Below, piece after piece: positions 10,332 through 21,937 of a stretch of DNA of 64,000 nt; positions within the stretch are counted from its first letter, which is position 1, and each line of letters starts with the position of its first letter. Location: the NCBI GenBank assembly GCA_963796965.1, contig CAWCNS010000016.1, positions 192,001 to 256,000 of the forward strand, given 5' to 3'. The translations under genes were made by a program, and so were the position numbers. This DNA is from Calditrichia bacterium (GTDB taxonomy: Bacteria; Calditrichota; Calditrichia; JAJRVZ01). The notes below the pieces were generated by a model, which saw nothing but the letters and a program-made list of their open reading frames with translations, ran no database searches and had not been told where the DNA came from.

Positions 10332-11803
10332 ATGGTACAATTATCACAATCAATGCGGTTAGGCCAGGTTCAACAACTCTCACCGCAACAAATATTACTT
10401 TCGACACTTCTGCAATTACCATTGCTTAGTCTGGAGCAAAAGATTCAGACTGAGCTTGAATTAAATCCTGTCCTTGAGGAAGGTCTTGAAGATGAATTAG
10501 ATCAGGAATCTGAGATAATTGAGGTAACAGAAGAAGAGAAAGTAGAAGTCGAAAAAGAACTGGAACTCACAGATCCTGAAGATAGCGGTAGTGATCTGGA
10601 TGTAAAGGAATTGAAAGAAGCGCAAGAAGATGGTGACTGGGATCAATTGATTAATGATGAGGATTCCTATGAATACCGCCTGCCCCGTGATAATAACGAA
10701 GAAGATTTCGAACGTCCCGAGGTTGAAGTAGCTCGATGACAGATCATCTTTTAGAGCAATTAAATTATTTATCACAAGATGAGATAGAAAATAAGGTTGG
10801 GGAATACCTGATCTGGAATATTAAAGATGACGGCTATCTTGATGAGACACTTAACCTGGAAAATGTAGCGGAAATATTTGAATGTTCCCAGGCAATGGTT
10901 GAAAAAGTATTACGTAAAGTTCAGAAATTTGATCCGGTCGGAGTTGGTGCGAGAAATTTACAGGAATGTCTATTAATACAGTTGGAATTAGCAAGACCGC
11001 AGCCCCAAATTGCTATACTAATTATTAGAGACCATTTCGAAGATTTTAAGAACAAACGGTATGATAAAATCATGTCAGACCTGAACATTGATAGAGATGG
11101 GTTAAAAAATGTATTAGAAATCGTGTCAAAACTCAATCCAAAACCAGGTCTAGGATTATTCAACACGAAACATAACTATATCGTACCCGATTTTATGGTC
11201 GAAAAAGTTGATGATGAATTTGTCGTGACCTTAAATGACTGGAATATCCCACCGCTTCGCATTAGCAATACTTATAAACAATTATTAAGAAATAAAAACA
11301 AGACAGATAAAGAAACAAAACAATACATTCGCAAAAAGATTGAATCTGCAAAGTGGTTTATTAATTCAATATATCAAAGAAAAATGACAATGTTGAACGT
11401 GATGCGTGCTATTGTTGAGAGACAAGATGAGTTTTTTGATAGCGGCCCGGCACATATCAAGCCACTCATTATGCGTGAAATTGCAGAGATGATAAATATG
11501 GATATTTCAACGGTAAGTCGGGTGGCAAATGGAAAATATGTACAAACTGATCACGGCATTTTTGAATTAAAATATTTTTTTACGGAACGTATTCAGATGG
11601 ATGACGGAGAAGAGGTCTCAACCAGAAAAGTAAAATCAAGAATTGCAGAGATGGTTGAAGAAGAGAATCCCAAAAAACCTCTGAGTGATGAAAAAATATC
11701 TCAAATTCTTACAAAAGAGGGGTTTCCCGTTGCCCGCCGTACGGTAGCAAAATACAGAGAGCAATTAAATATCTCTGTTGCCAGATTACGAAAAAAAATC
11801 TAA
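10332..11803 (+). CDS. rpoN: RNA polymerase sigma-54 factor; apparent frameshift near 10731
   Basis: Region I (QQLSPQQ...LLQLP...[10 protein letters not shown]) in ORF 10332-10739; core, HTH (DISTVSR) and RpoN box [10 protein letters not shown] in ORF 10736-11803. Confidence 0.93.
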
Positions 11804-11832
11804 CCAATATTATCAACCAAAAGGAAATAATC

Positions 11833-12381
11833 ATGTCGATGCACGAGCCAGACAGGTTTATGGCTACAACTATTGTAGGAGTCCGTCATAAAAATCAGGT
11901 GGCAATTGGAGGAGATGGCCAGGTTACGCTAGGCCAGACAGTAATGAAACACAATTCAACAAAAATCCGTAAATTATATAATGACACCATCCTCGCTGGT
12001 TTTGCCGGAGCGGCAGCTGATGCTTTTACACTCTTTGAAAAATTTGAGGAGAAACTGGAAAGATACTCAGGAAATTTAGCTAAGGTAGCTGTCGAGTTAG
12101 CGAAAGAGTGGCGAACAGATAAATATTTAAGACGACTTGAAGCATTATTAGCTGTTATGGATAAAAAATCAATTTTCCTGATTTCAGGTACAGGTGATGT
12201 AATTGAGCCAGATGATGGGATAATTGCCATTGGATCCGGTGGCAATTATGCTCTGTCTGCCGCGCGGGGATTAGTCAAACATTCGACGCTAAATGCCGAG
12301 GATATTGTCAAAGAATCACTTATAATTGCTTCCGAAATATGTATTTATACAAACACGAATATAAAGATTGAAACCTTATAA
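11833..12381 (+). CDS. hslV: ATP-dependent protease subunit HslV
   Basis: [46 protein letters not shown]. Confidence 0.97.
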   Translation: MSMHEPDRFMATTIVGVRHKNQVAIGGDGQVTLGQTVMKHNSTKIRKLYNDTILAGFAGAAADAFTLFEKFEEKLERYSGNLAKVAVELAKEWRTDKYLRRLEALLAVMDKKSIFLISGTGDVIEPDDGIIAIGSGGNYALSAARGLVKHSTLNAEDIVKESLIIASEICIYTNTNIKIETL

Positions 12382-12394
12382 GGATCTTACTTCG

Positions 12395-13753
12395 ATGAAC
12401 GAATTTACTCCCAGTGAAATAGTCAAGGAACTAGATAAATATATTATTGGACAAGACGCGGCAAAGAAATCTGTCGCAATTGCGCTGCGAAACCGTTGGC
12501 GCCGACAAATGGTAAAAGGTGCAATCCGTGAAGAGATTATGCCAAACAATATTATTCTGATCGGTCCCACCGGTGTTGGTAAAACAGAGATTTCACGTCG
12601 CCTTGCGCGTTTAGCAAATGCTGCTTTTATAAAAGTTGAAGCATCGAAATTTACAGAGGTTGGCTATGTCGGTCGTGATGTTGATTCCATTATTCGTGAT
12701 TTAATGGATATTAGTATTCAAATGGTTCGGGAAGAAAAAACCAAATCGGTAGAAACTAAAGCCCGCGAAATAGCCATGGAACGATTGTTAGACGTCCTTC
12801 TTCCACCACTTTCGAATAAACCGAAACCGGTTGGTGAGATGGAAGAAACCGATGAATTGGAATTGCGGCATCAACGAACACGTGAAAAATTACGTGCTCA
12901 ACTCCAAAAAGGTCAATTAGATGAACGCATGATAGAAATTGATGTCCCCGTTGATTCCTCTCCGATGCTGCAGGTTTTTTCTCCACTGGGTATCGAAGAA
13001 ATGGGTATGAATCTTCAGGATATTTTTGGTGGCATGATGCCAAAGAAAATGAAAAAAAGGAAAACTACGGTCCCCCAGGCCCTGGATATACTTACGCAAC
13101 AGGAAGCGCAAAAATTAATAGATATGGAAGAAGTGGTACGCGAAGCGACCAGACGGGTGGAGAACTCGGGGATTGTTTTTCTAGATGAGATCGATAAAAT
13201 TGCCGGTCCCAGTAGCGGCAAACACGGCCCCGATGTATCTCGAGAGGGTGTCCAACGTGATTTGTTACCTGTTGTTGAAGGAACGTCGGTTACTACAAAA
13301 TATGGTGTTATAAAAACAGACCACATCCTTTTTATCGCCTCCGGTGCGTTTCACGTCTCAAAACCATCAGATCTTATCCCTGAACTGCAGGGACGCTTTC
13401 CGATACGTGTTGAGTTGAACAGTCTGACAGAGAATGATTTTATTCGGATTCTGACCGAACCTGAGAATGCCTTGATTAAACAATATACATCTCTATTAGA
13501 GACTGAGGATGTCCTACTTACTTTTACCAAGGATGCTATTGCCGAAATTGCCCGAATTGCAACATTAGTTAATACAAAGGCAGAAAATATCGGTGCTCGT
13601 CGTTTACACACGATTATGTCTACTTTGTTAGAGGATATTTTGTTTAATGTTCCGGAAATGGGAGCTAAAAGAATTAAAATTGATGGTGCAAGAGTTAAGG
13701 AAAAACTTGAAGCGATTGTGGAAGATGAGGACCTCAGTAAATATATTCTTTAA
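12395..13753 (+). CDS. hslU: ATP-dependent protease ATPase subunit HslU
   Basis: [54 protein letters not shown]. Confidence 0.97.
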   Translation: MNEFTPSEIVKELDKYIIGQDAAKKSVAIALRNRWRRQMVKGAIREEIMPNNIILIGPTGVGKTEISRRLARLANAAFIKVEASKFTEVGYVGRDVDSIIRDLMDISIQMVREEKTKSVETKAREIAMERLLDVLLPPLSNKPKPVGEMEETDELELRHQRTREKLRAQLQKGQLDERMIEIDVPVDSSPMLQVFSPLGIEEMGMNLQDIFGGMMPKKMKKRKTTVPQALDILTQQEAQKLIDMEEVVREATRRVENSGIVFLDEIDKIAGPSSGKHGPDVSREGVQRDLLPVVEGTSVTTKYGVIKTDHILFIASGAFHVSKPSDLIPELQGRFPIRVELNSLTENDFIRILTEPENALIKQYTSLLETEDVLLTFTKDAIAEIARIATLVNTKAENIGARRLHTIMSTLLEDILFNVPEMGAKRIKIDGARVKEKLEAIVEDEDLSKYIL

Positions 13754-13810
13754 TCAGGTATAATCTATTCAAAATTGACTTAAGCATATGCTTTAAAATT
13801 GGGAGTAAGT

Positions 13811-14728
13811 GTGAATAAACATTTTTTATCCATCGCTGATTACAACAGAGCGGATCTCGAAGAGATTCTCGATTTAACAAAAGAATTGAAGGATAAAACC
13901 CATCGAGGGGAAGAACATCATCTTTGCAGGGGTAAAACAATGTCTATGATATTTGCCAAACCTTCTGCGAGAACCCGCATTTCTTTCGAGACCGGGATGT
14001 ACCAACTAGGTGGCTATGCGCTGTATCTTTCTCCAAATGATATCGGCATTGGTAAGCGCGAGTCAGTGAAAGATATTTCGCGTGTCATTTCACGTTATAA
14101 CGATATTATTATGGCAAGACTTTTTGAGCATAAACATATATTGGAATTGGCCGAATATGCAGATGTTCCGGTGATAAATGGATTGACCGATTATAATCAT
14201 CCATGTCAGATTATGGCAGATATTTTTACAATTTTAGAAGTCCGGGGAACATTATCCGATTTGAAAGTTACATATATTGGTGATGGAAATAATGTAGCAA
14301 ACTCATGGATTAATCTGGCTTCAGTCTTACCCTTTAGCCTGGTTATATGTTCACCATCCGGGTATGAACCGGATCCTGTTACTTTAGCGCATGCCCGTGA
14401 GAAGGGCATCAGTGACGTGAAGGTAATAGAGGATCCAAAGACAGCAGTATCAGAAAGTGATATTGTATACACGGACGTCTGGGCAAGTATGGGACAGGAA
14501 AGTGAAGCAAAATCCCGCGAGAAGGCATTTAAGCCATATCAGGTAAATCGGGAATTGATCAGCCATGCAAAACCGGATGCCAAAGTGATGCATTGCCTGC
14601 CAGCTCATCGTGGCAGTGAAATTACTGATGATGTCCTTGATAGTTCCCAATCAATAGTTTTTGATGAAGCCGAAAATCGCATGCATGTGCAAAAGGCTAT
14701 CATCGTTAAACTTCTTGGTCAAGTATAG
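13811..14728 (+). CDS. argF: Ornithine carbamoyltransferase
   Basis: KPSARTRISFE, HPCQ, YTDVWASMGQE, MHCLPAHRG, DEAENRMH. Confidence 0.93.
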   Translation: MNKHFLSIADYNRADLEEILDLTKELKDKTHRGEEHHLCRGKTMSMIFAKPSARTRISFETGMYQLGGYALYLSPNDIGIGKRESVKDISRVISRYNDIIMARLFEHKHILELAEYADVPVINGLTDYNHPCQIMADIFTILEVRGTLSDLKVTYIGDGNNVANSWINLASVLPFSLVICSPSGYEPDPVTLAHAREKGISDVKVIEDPKTAVSESDIVYTDVWASMGQESEAKSREKAFKPYQVNRELISHAKPDAKVMHCLPAHRGSEITDDVLDSSQSIVFDEAENRMHVQKAIIVKLLGQV

Positions 14729-14737
14729 AAAAAATTC

Positions 14738-15754
14738 ATGATGTCTGAGACCGGGACAGAATTAAAAATAAAAATTGTAGCCGATTCAAACGATGCCCTG
14801 TGGGATGAATTCGTAGCCAATTCACCACAGGGCACTTTTTTTCAAAAATCAATCTGGATTAAGCTGATTACAGAGGCATTTGGTCTAACCTCTAAACGCT
14901 TGTTCTGCCTGCGCAATAATCAAACAATTGGTGGGCTTCAATACTATGAAAGCAAAAAGTTGATTTGGAGAGTGGCGACACCCACTCCCCTGGTCCCATT
15001 TACAGCTCCTCTTTTTTACGCACCTAATGATGAAAGATTACAAAAAAGAATATCAAATTACTTAAACATATCATCTGCTTTTTGTAAATATCTGGATGAT
15101 AATCTCGATTTCTGGATTCTTGATGCGTCGCACACATTCACAGACTCCCGTGCCTTTATATGGCAGGGTGCTTTAGTTGAACCTCGTCATACCTATGTTG
15201 TCAATCTTACGGAAGAAGAGGATTTAATTGATCAATTTAACCAAAGCACGCGTAAAAAATTGAAGTTAGCGAAAAAGGAAAAAATTAAAATTCTTGAATC
15301 AGATGATCCTTCAATTCTCATCAAACTTGTTTCAAAAAGTTATTATCGTCATAATAGAAATCCTTTGCTCCCTGAAATAATGCTGGAGAAAATAATAAAA
15401 CCGATGATTAAATTACCCAATGTGAAGCTTTATTATCTTTCCATGCAGAATCGGGTTCGGTCAGCCAGATTAATTGTTGAAGACCGTCAAATCGTCTATG
15501 ATCTATTGGCTGGGGGTGATGATGAAACAGGATTTGCCTCTGCCTATCTCATCAGCAACATCTTAACCAGATATTGTCATAGCCATCGGCAATTTGATTT
15601 TATGGGTGCAGATCATCCTGATATTGAAAAATTTAAAAGAGGTTTTGGCGGTGAATTAAGGCAGGGATTCAGAATTTCAGGGAAAGTAGGTTTCCCACTT
15701 TCGATGCTTATTAAATTAAACGAATACCGTTTGAACAAAAATCGTGAATTATGA
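14738..15754 (+). CDS. GNAT/FemAB-like acyltransferase
   Basis: WDEFVANSPQGTFFQ N-terminus and FDFMGA....IEKFKRGFGG C-terminus. Confidence 0.75.
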   Translation: MMSETGTELKIKIVADSNDALWDEFVANSPQGTFFQKSIWIKLITEAFGLTSKRLFCLRNNQTIGGLQYYESKKLIWRVATPTPLVPFTAPLFYAPNDERLQKRISNYLNISSAFCKYLDDNLDFWILDASHTFTDSRAFIWQGALVEPRHTYVVNLTEEEDLIDQFNQSTRKKLKLAKKEKIKILESDDPSILIKLVSKSYYRHNRNPLLPEIMLEKIIKPMIKLPNVKLYYLSMQNRVRSARLIVEDRQIVYDLLAGGDDETGFASAYLISNILTRYCHSHRQFDFMGADHPDIEKFKRGFGGELRQGFRISGKVGFPLSMLIKLNEYRLNKNREL

Positions 15755-17430
15755 CTATAAATTTTTATATAGATAAAAAATATTTTTCCCGTCGGCTTGA
15801 ATATATCATTAGAATCATTGCCAGGAGACTTGGTTTCCCCTATCAGTTCATTCTATCGCCAGATAAAATTGGCGATGACCAATTAACTATTTCTTATCTA
15901 CCTCTTCAGGAACTTAAATCCACATGGTCTCGATCGATCATTAATATTTTCAATTCACGTCAAATATCCGACCTGGATGCAGCTGAGAAATCAATCAATC
16001 TTTTTGAGTGGGGAAACTACAGTATACCCTTGGTTGGCAACCAGATAAAGAATGATCTGTTGAAGGGTTGGAAAGAATATTCCAGGGGCACTTTGTATAA
16101 GAAGGGTAGTTCAGGTCATTGGTTTATACCTTGTGATATCTTTTTAAATTCATTCTATCATCTCAGTCGTTATGAGGAGAAATGGCGTCATTTTACTGAA
16201 GAAACTATAACAGACCATTCGTCATCTATTTTATCACGCTATGAAAATTTACATGTTCCTGTTGTGGATTTACTCATTGCCTACTTTGATGAGATTATAC
16301 ATCAAAGAGTAAAAGCGGATAAAAAAGTAGCGATTCGTGTTTTGCCCTGGCCTGGCGGGGAAGATTTTGGCGTTGCTCTTACCCATGATGTTGATTTGAC
16401 ACGTGGGGTCCATTTGTATGAACGTGCGTTAATGAAAAGTCAGGGATTAGTCCATCGTCTAATGGGCAATAAAGTCACTTCTAGTGAGATAAATAATTCT
16501 ATTCAGGAGAGAGATGATCAGGCCTGGGGTTTTCCGGAACTCCTTTCAACCTACTCTTCTCTGAAGTACAAAGCCACCTTTTTCTTTCTTGCAAAAATGT
16601 TGGAGGGACGGCATTTTCGTTATAATATCACATCGAAAAAGTTCAAAAAATTATTTAAAGATTTAAGAACTACCGGGCATGAAATAGCCTTACATCCCAG
16701 TAAATTTGCCTTCGATAAGCCAAATTATTATCGAGAGGAAAAAGAAAATCTGGAATCGGCAGTAGGGAGCAGCATAGCAGGAATGCGACAACACTATCTG
16801 CGGGCAAAATTTCCCCGGCTCTGGATTTTGGCCGAAAAGGCTGGCCTGACTTACGACTCATCACTCGGATATAACTATAAGGCTGGCTTCCGTGCTGGCA
16901 CGACACATCCGTTCCAAACATTTGATGTACTAAACGATACACCTCTCTCCCTTACCGAATTTTCATTGAACTTATTTGAATATAATTTGCCAGAGAAAGG
17001 TGAAAATATTGAGGCTTCAAAAATAATGATTGATATATTAGTTGATGCCAACTCAGCGTATGGGGGATTGTTGGTTGCACTTTTACACCCAAGTAATTTA
17101 AAAAAGCAACCTTTTGAAGAACTATGGAATTATCTGCTGGATGGACTGAAGAAGAAAAAAGTTTTTGTTGCCACTCTTTCCGAACATCTGAGCTGGCGAA
17201 GAAGGCGAGATCGCATAAAACTTAAATTTAATAACAATAAAGACCATAATAAGATAGTTCAAATCTCATTGCCGGATGGCATTAATCACTTGGCCGTTGA
17301 AGTTATCGGTGCCCAATTAGGAGAAACGTCGAAAAATGTAATTGTGAATAAACAAGGGCGAAATTGTTATATAATCAAAAGCCGCAATAAAAACATAACC
17401 ATTCCTTTTGAGCCAAATGGATCACAGTAG
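15751..17430 (+). CDS. Polysaccharide deacetylase-family protein
   Basis: FYHLSRYEE, LTHDVD, ATFFF, GHEIALH, GMRQHYLR, YDSSLGY...GFRAGT. Confidence 0.75.
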   Translation: MTINFYIDKKYFSRRLEYIIRIIARRLGFPYQFILSPDKIGDDQLTISYLPLQELKSTWSRSIINIFNSRQISDLDAAEKSINLFEWGNYSIPLVGNQIKNDLLKGWKEYSRGTLYKKGSSGHWFIPCDIFLNSFYHLSRYEEKWRHFTEETITDHSSSILSRYENLHVPVVDLLIAYFDEIIHQRVKADKKVAIRVLPWPGGEDFGVALTHDVDLTRGVHLYERALMKSQGLVHRLMGNKVTSSEINNSIQERDDQAWGFPELLSTYSSLKYKATFFFLAKMLEGRHFRYNITSKKFKKLFKDLRTTGHEIALHPSKFAFDKPNYYREEKENLESAVGSSIAGMRQHYLRAKFPRLWILAEKAGLTYDSSLGYNYKAGFRAGTTHPFQTFDVLNDTPLSLTEFSLNLFEYNLPEKGENIEASKIMIDILVDANSAYGGLLVALLHPSNLKKQPFEELWNYLLDGLKKKKVFVATLSEHLSWRRRRDRIKLKFNNNKDHNKIVQISLPDGINHLAVEVIGAQLGETSKNVIVNKQGRNCYIIKSRNKNITIPFEPNGSQ

Positions 17431-17431
17431 A

Positions 17432-18544
17432 ATGCGCATCTGCCACATCACTATAAATCCCATAGAATATGAAAGACGGATAATTAACCAAGCTGAAAGT
17501 GCTATCGAGGCAGGATACAAGGTAAATATTGTGTCACTGGAATTGCCTGATAAAAAGGCTGAAACGATACAAATAAGATCAGAAATTACTGCTCTCAAGA
17601 CACCATTTTATAAAGGAGGTGTTTTTAAATTTTTGCATTTTAATTGGAAAGTTTTTTTATATCTCATTAATAAACCTCTAGAAGTTATTCATTGTCATGA
17701 CCTATGGATACTGCCGTCCGCAGTCACTTTATCATTATTTAAAAAATGCCGTCTAATTTATGATGCCCATGAATTCTATGGTGGGCTAGAGATATTTATT
17801 CGCCATAAATTACGAAAAAAGATTTGGATGGCCATTGAATATCTGGCTATTCCCTGGGTTGATGTATTAATTACCGTTTCTGCGCCCCTGGCCGCCCTCT
17901 ATCTTAAAAAGTATCCCCGACTGAGGCAAGTGGTCGTTATTAGAAATTTACCCAAAATAGAGCCTCTACCAGACAGAGATGCGCCGCTAATTAAAACAGA
18001 TGAACCGGTAATATTATTTCAAGGACATTTTAGACCAGGTCGAGGATTAGTTAATCTCTTTGAGGCATTTTCTCAGACCCAAGGTATGCATTTGGTAATG
18101 ATTGGGGGCGGAGAACTTGAGGATGAATTAAAAGGGATGGTGGTAAAAAAGAATATGGAAAAGAGAGTTACCTTTTTGGGATATGTACCAACAGATGACC
18201 TGATCCAAACCACTGCCCAGGCTGATTTGGGAGTGGTTTTGTTTGAGCCTACGAGCATTAATTATTCATACGCTCTACCCAATAAGTTTTTTGAATATAT
18301 CATGGCTGGAATCCCTGTACTCGCAAGCAATATCGAAACATTTAAGGAATATATAGATTTCTATCAGGTAGGTTTGACAGTTGATCCCAAAGATGTTGCA
18401 GGTATTCGAGAAAGAGTAATGGAAATGGTTTTTGACAAAGATAAAATGGTCAAATGGGGTGTCAATGCACGGGAAGCATCTAAAGAACTTAATTGGGAGT
18501 TAGAAGCAAAAAAAATGAATCAGATCTATGAAAATTTTAGATAA
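17432..18544 (+). CDS. Glycosyltransferase family 4
   Basis: IHCHD, IYDAHEFY, RGL, LPNKFFEYIMAGIPVLAS. Confidence 0.9.
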   Translation: MRICHITINPIEYERRIINQAESAIEAGYKVNIVSLELPDKKAETIQIRSEITALKTPFYKGGVFKFLHFNWKVFLYLINKPLEVIHCHDLWILPSAVTLSLFKKCRLIYDAHEFYGGLEIFIRHKLRKKIWMAIEYLAIPWVDVLITVSAPLAALYLKKYPRLRQVVVIRNLPKIEPLPDRDAPLIKTDEPVILFQGHFRPGRGLVNLFEAFSQTQGMHLVMIGGGELEDELKGMVVKKNMEKRVTFLGYVPTDDLIQTTAQADLGVVLFEPTSINYSYALPNKFFEYIMAGIPVLASNIETFKEYIDFYQVGLTVDPKDVAGIRERVMEMVFDKDKMVKWGVNAREASKELNWELEAKKMNQIYENFR

Positions 18545-18587
18545 TATTTCTCTTCGGTTTACATCACAACGGTAGAAAGATCTGAAT

Positions 18588-19826
18588 ATGGAATCCAGAA
18601 GAGAATCGATTGATAATACGTTGTTTTTTTACGCGGCTATGGTTTTAAATATTTTTTTAGGTTGGATCATAGCCAGACTTAATACCGATTATCTTGAAGT
18701 ACCTGTCTACGGTCAATTGGCATTTTTTACAACGATTATACTTTTTGGTCGTACATTATTTGATTTTGGGTTCTTTGAAGCCTCATCTCGACTCATGGCT
18801 ATTGAAAAAGACAAGGCTGTGAGAAGTCGGCTCTTGGGTGCAAGCTTTTTATGGGCCATCTTCTTTGCTCTTCTCTCTGTCGTAATTCTCTATCTTCTCG
18901 GTGAATTTATCGATAGCATTTTTGAAGTTAAAGTAGGCTTCCTTTGTCAAAAATTTGCCTATGGTTTGGGTCTTTACGTCCTTTTGGCGTATGTTTCTCG
19001 TATCATGCGGGGTTTAGGTCATATTAAAATTCTCGCTTTACTATCAATTGCCCCCAGAATTATATATAGTCTGCTTCTAATTTTAATTATATTCGTTGCT
19101 GAATTCACATTAACTTCTACTTTAGAGATGATGTTTTGGGGGATTCTTCTTACTCTTCTTGCCGCATGGATATATCTTAAACCATCGTTGAAATACCTTG
19201 CTGAACAATCAAAGCGCATTAAAACTGAAGTGAAAGCCTATGGGCGTCATATCTATGTAAGTATAATTTGGGGAGAGCTGCTAATACATGCAGATAAGTT
19301 TCTCGTCTCATATTTCCTTGATAGTCAGTCACTGGCTTTTTATGCTTTAGCCTTCACCTTAGCAATACCTCTATCTCTCTTTTCAACCTCATTAGCCACG
19401 AGTTTATTTAATAAGTTTGCTTCTGTGGAATTCATCAGTCCTAAAATCATTCGCGCAAATTTCATCTTCGTAATCAGCTCTGTTATAATATTTCTTTTAA
19501 TTCGCAAGCATCTTATTTATTATTTGTTTTCTGAGCAATACGAACCGGCGATCGAACTCCTTTTACCCCTTGGAATTGCGTTCGGACTCTCAGGGTTGAG
19601 CAGACCCTTTACGATGTTTTTAATGGCGAATAGGCATGGAAAGATCGTCAGAAATATTTCTGTCCTTATTCCAACAATTAAGATCGGACTAAGTATACTG
19701 ATCATACCAATTTATGGTGTTTATGGTGTCGCCTGGGTAACGACGATTGTTTATGGTCTTGATTTAATTTTATTTGTTTTTTCCTACCTTCGTATCACTA
19801 AGATTCCTTTCTCACAACTACTTTAA
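18588..19826 (+). CDS. Wzx-like polysaccharide flippase
   Basis: About 12 hydrophobic segments, DFGF, ADKFLVSYF, IPIYGVYGVAW; follows the glycosyltransferase. Confidence 0.75.
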   Translation: MESRRESIDNTLFFYAAMVLNIFLGWIIARLNTDYLEVPVYGQLAFFTTIILFGRTLFDFGFFEASSRLMAIEKDKAVRSRLLGASFLWAIFFALLSVVILYLLGEFIDSIFEVKVGFLCQKFAYGLGLYVLLAYVSRIMRGLGHIKILALLSIAPRIIYSLLLILIIFVAEFTLTSTLEMMFWGILLTLLAAWIYLKPSLKYLAEQSKRIKTEVKAYGRHIYVSIIWGELLIHADKFLVSYFLDSQSLAFYALAFTLAIPLSLFSTSLATSLFNKFASVEFISPKIIRANFIFVISSVIIFLLIRKHLIYYLFSEQYEPAIELLLPLGIAFGLSGLSRPFTMFLMANRHGKIVRNISVLIPTIKIGLSILIIPIYGVYGVAWVTTIVYGLDLILFVFSYLRITKIPFSQLL

Positions 19827-20513
19827 TCCTTCTGGTGGGGGGTGTGCAATGGTAAATACATCCACACGTTCAACCCCTGCGTTTTTCAAGCAGGTCACAC
19901 AGGCTTCTACGGTGCTTCCCGTAGTAATTACATCATCGACTAATAAGACTACATTCTCAGAGATTCTGTTGGGACAATAAAAAGCATTTCTAACATTAAG
20001 ATCTCTTTCTTTTTTTGACATTGTTGTTTGAGAAATCGTATTGCGTTTCCGCAGCAGTAGTTCGCTTTTAACTGGTATCTGGAATTTTGCCTTAAGGGCA
20101 AAGGAAATTTGTTCACTTTGATTGTATCCCCGCTCGCGTTCTCTTGTTTTATACAATGGAACAGGAATGATTGCATCGTATTTATTGTTTTTCAAGTGGG
20201 GAAATCGAAGAAGGGACTCTTCTGCAAAGTAATGGGTTAAGGATAAGTAGCGATTATATTTTAACAGGTGAATTAGCATCTGGACAATCTCTTCATATTT
20301 AAACAAGATATAGATAGTGTCGAAAGACCTTTCTATCAGAGATTGATCTAAGTCCCCCTCAAAGGGAGGTATTCTCTCCCAGCATGTTTGGCATATGATC
20401 TGTCGGTCTTCGGTTAATAATTGATCACAATGATGGCAGAGTGGTGGGTATAGTACATCTGTCAGAGGCGTGAATATATATTCTTTTAACAAATAAATGA
20501 TTGATGAGGTCAT
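19818..20513 (-). CDS. comF: ComF family amidophosphoribosyltransferase-like protein
   Basis: N-terminal CxxC...CxxC, IPVPL, RERGYNQS, VLLVDDVITTGST. Confidence 0.88.
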   Translation of the reverse strand: MTSSIIYLLKEYIFTPLTDVLYPPLCHHCDQLLTEDRQIICQTCWERIPPFEGDLDQSLIERSFDTIYILFKYEEIVQMLIHLLKYNRYLSLTHYFAEESLLRFPHLKNNKYDAIIPVPLYKTRERERGYNQSEQISFALKAKFQIPVKSELLLRKRNTISQTTMSKKERDLNVRNAFYCPNRISENVVLLVDDVITTGSTVEACVTCLKNAGVERVDVFTIAHPPPEGLK

Positions 20514-20559
20514 TTAAATCTCGTTTATCATCAATCGCGCAATTATTGGACCAATTTGG

Positions 20560-20587
20560 GTAGGGACGACCCACAGGGTTCGCCCCT
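20560..20587 (+). repeat. GTAG-type REP-like palindrome
   Basis: GTAG-GGACGACCC-aca-GGGTTCGCCCCT imperfect hairpin preceded by a GTAG foot. Confidence 0.6.
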
Positions 20588-20596
20588 GATAATATA

Positions 20597-21874
20597 TCAC
20601 ATGTTAAATATCAATGATACCCTTGGTTCAAATCTTTCCTGTGTCTCATATACATTTGGAGCGATTTGGATAAAATTCCATCGATATCGGAGCGAAACAT
20701 AAAATATACTATAGGCCCTATAGCCCACTTCGGCAACAGCCTGGGAAAAAATATCCAGGGTAAATGCATCTTTAAATGTCTGAATATTTGTTTTATCATA
20801 ATAAGCCAAAAGCAAAATATTTGGTAGAGCATCAATTAAGCGTGCCTCAAGATGCATAATACCGCTGTTAGACATATCATCCTGTTGTTGATAGTTTCCC
20901 ATGAGCCTGATTATATTGGCGATATTACCGGCCAATTCGCCAAAATATCCACTGGATCTAGTCATTTGAGCCAACCGGCTTTGCTTATCATAACCATCGG
21001 GTAACCCTCTTTCCAGTTCATATAAGGTGTTGAAATAGTTTGGAATAAACTGATCGCCAAGCCAACGTCTCTCAAATCTTACATCAAGACTTAACAGGCC
21101 AAGAGCATCAGGAAAACCAAAATTGATACCTGCCACCCTGCCTTCACCGTAATCAATAAATTTTGCATAATCGAAATACAGGGTTGTTTTAAAAAAATCA
21201 CCTTTAATTACCGGAAGGGCAACATCAAGACCCCATTCAGTTATATCATCATCTGTTTCAATATTATTATCAGGATTTCTATCGCTGACTACAGTTCCAC
21301 CGAATTCAAGATTACTTAGAACCGGAATCTCAGCGGTATGTAAGGGTCTGTAATAAAGACGTCCACCAATAATTTCAATTTTAGCCAGGTTACTTGTTAC
21401 CGATTCCATCCCAAATGCACCCAGATCTAAGTCAAAAGCTAAACCGAATTTCCGGTTATCATATTCTGCCTCATTGCTGTAATACCACATTTGGAATCCA
21501 TGACCGAGCCTGGCTGCCATAAGAGAACCGAGGCGTATATATACCGGATCGTCTTTATGGGCATAGCGAATATATCGTATGGCACGGGCGATGGCAGAAG
21601 CATCCTCCCAACCAACTGTCCTAAATTTGAAATTCTCTTCGTTATTGAAGAGTAAATCAATCCGGAGGCCTAATCCAAACTTGCCGAAAGTGAATTCAGG
21701 GCTTATTGAGACGGTAGTATAGCTAATACCATTTATCCAAGTTACACCCAAACCACCATTAAAAAAATTCGGGTTTTGATTTAATGGATAGGGCAAAGGC
21801 TTGTCTGACTCATCTTGGGCTAGGAGAGGAGAAATGATTAATAAAGATAAGAGAACAACTATAAGTATCCGCAT
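20597..21874 (-). CDS. Exported, probably outer-membrane beta-barrel, hypothetical protein
   Basis: Signal peptide MRILIVVLLSLLIISPLLA-Q, amphipathic beta-strand pattern, aromatic near C-terminus; SD GAGGTGG. Confidence 0.6.
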   Translation of the reverse strand: MRILIVVLLSLLIISPLLAQDESDKPLPYPLNQNPNFFNGGLGVTWINGISYTTVSISPEFTFGKFGLGLRIDLLFNNEENFKFRTVGWEDASAIARAIRYIRYAHKDDPVYIRLGSLMAARLGHGFQMWYYSNEAEYDNRKFGLAFDLDLGAFGMESVTSNLAKIEIIGGRLYYRPLHTAEIPVLSNLEFGGTVVSDRNPDNNIETDDDITEWGLDVALPVIKGDFFKTTLYFDYAKFIDYGEGRVAGINFGFPDALGLLSLDVRFERRWLGDQFIPNYFNTLYELERGLPDGYDKQSRLAQMTRSSGYFGELAGNIANIIRLMGNYQQQDDMSNSGIMHLEARLIDALPNILLLAYYDKTNIQTFKDAFTLDIFSQAVAEVGYRAYSIFYVSLRYRWNFIQIAPNVYETQERFEPRVSLIFNM

Positions 21875-21937
21875 GGTCCACCTCACTATGCTGATGCGAT
21901 AATTTCGATTATTTTTGCTTGATCAATTTCAATATGA

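Noticed and set aside
10332..11803. Naturally split or programmed-frameshift rpoN
   Set aside because: The ATGA overlap looks suggestive, but many similar indels occur across the window, including in rpsA, and no slippery site is evident
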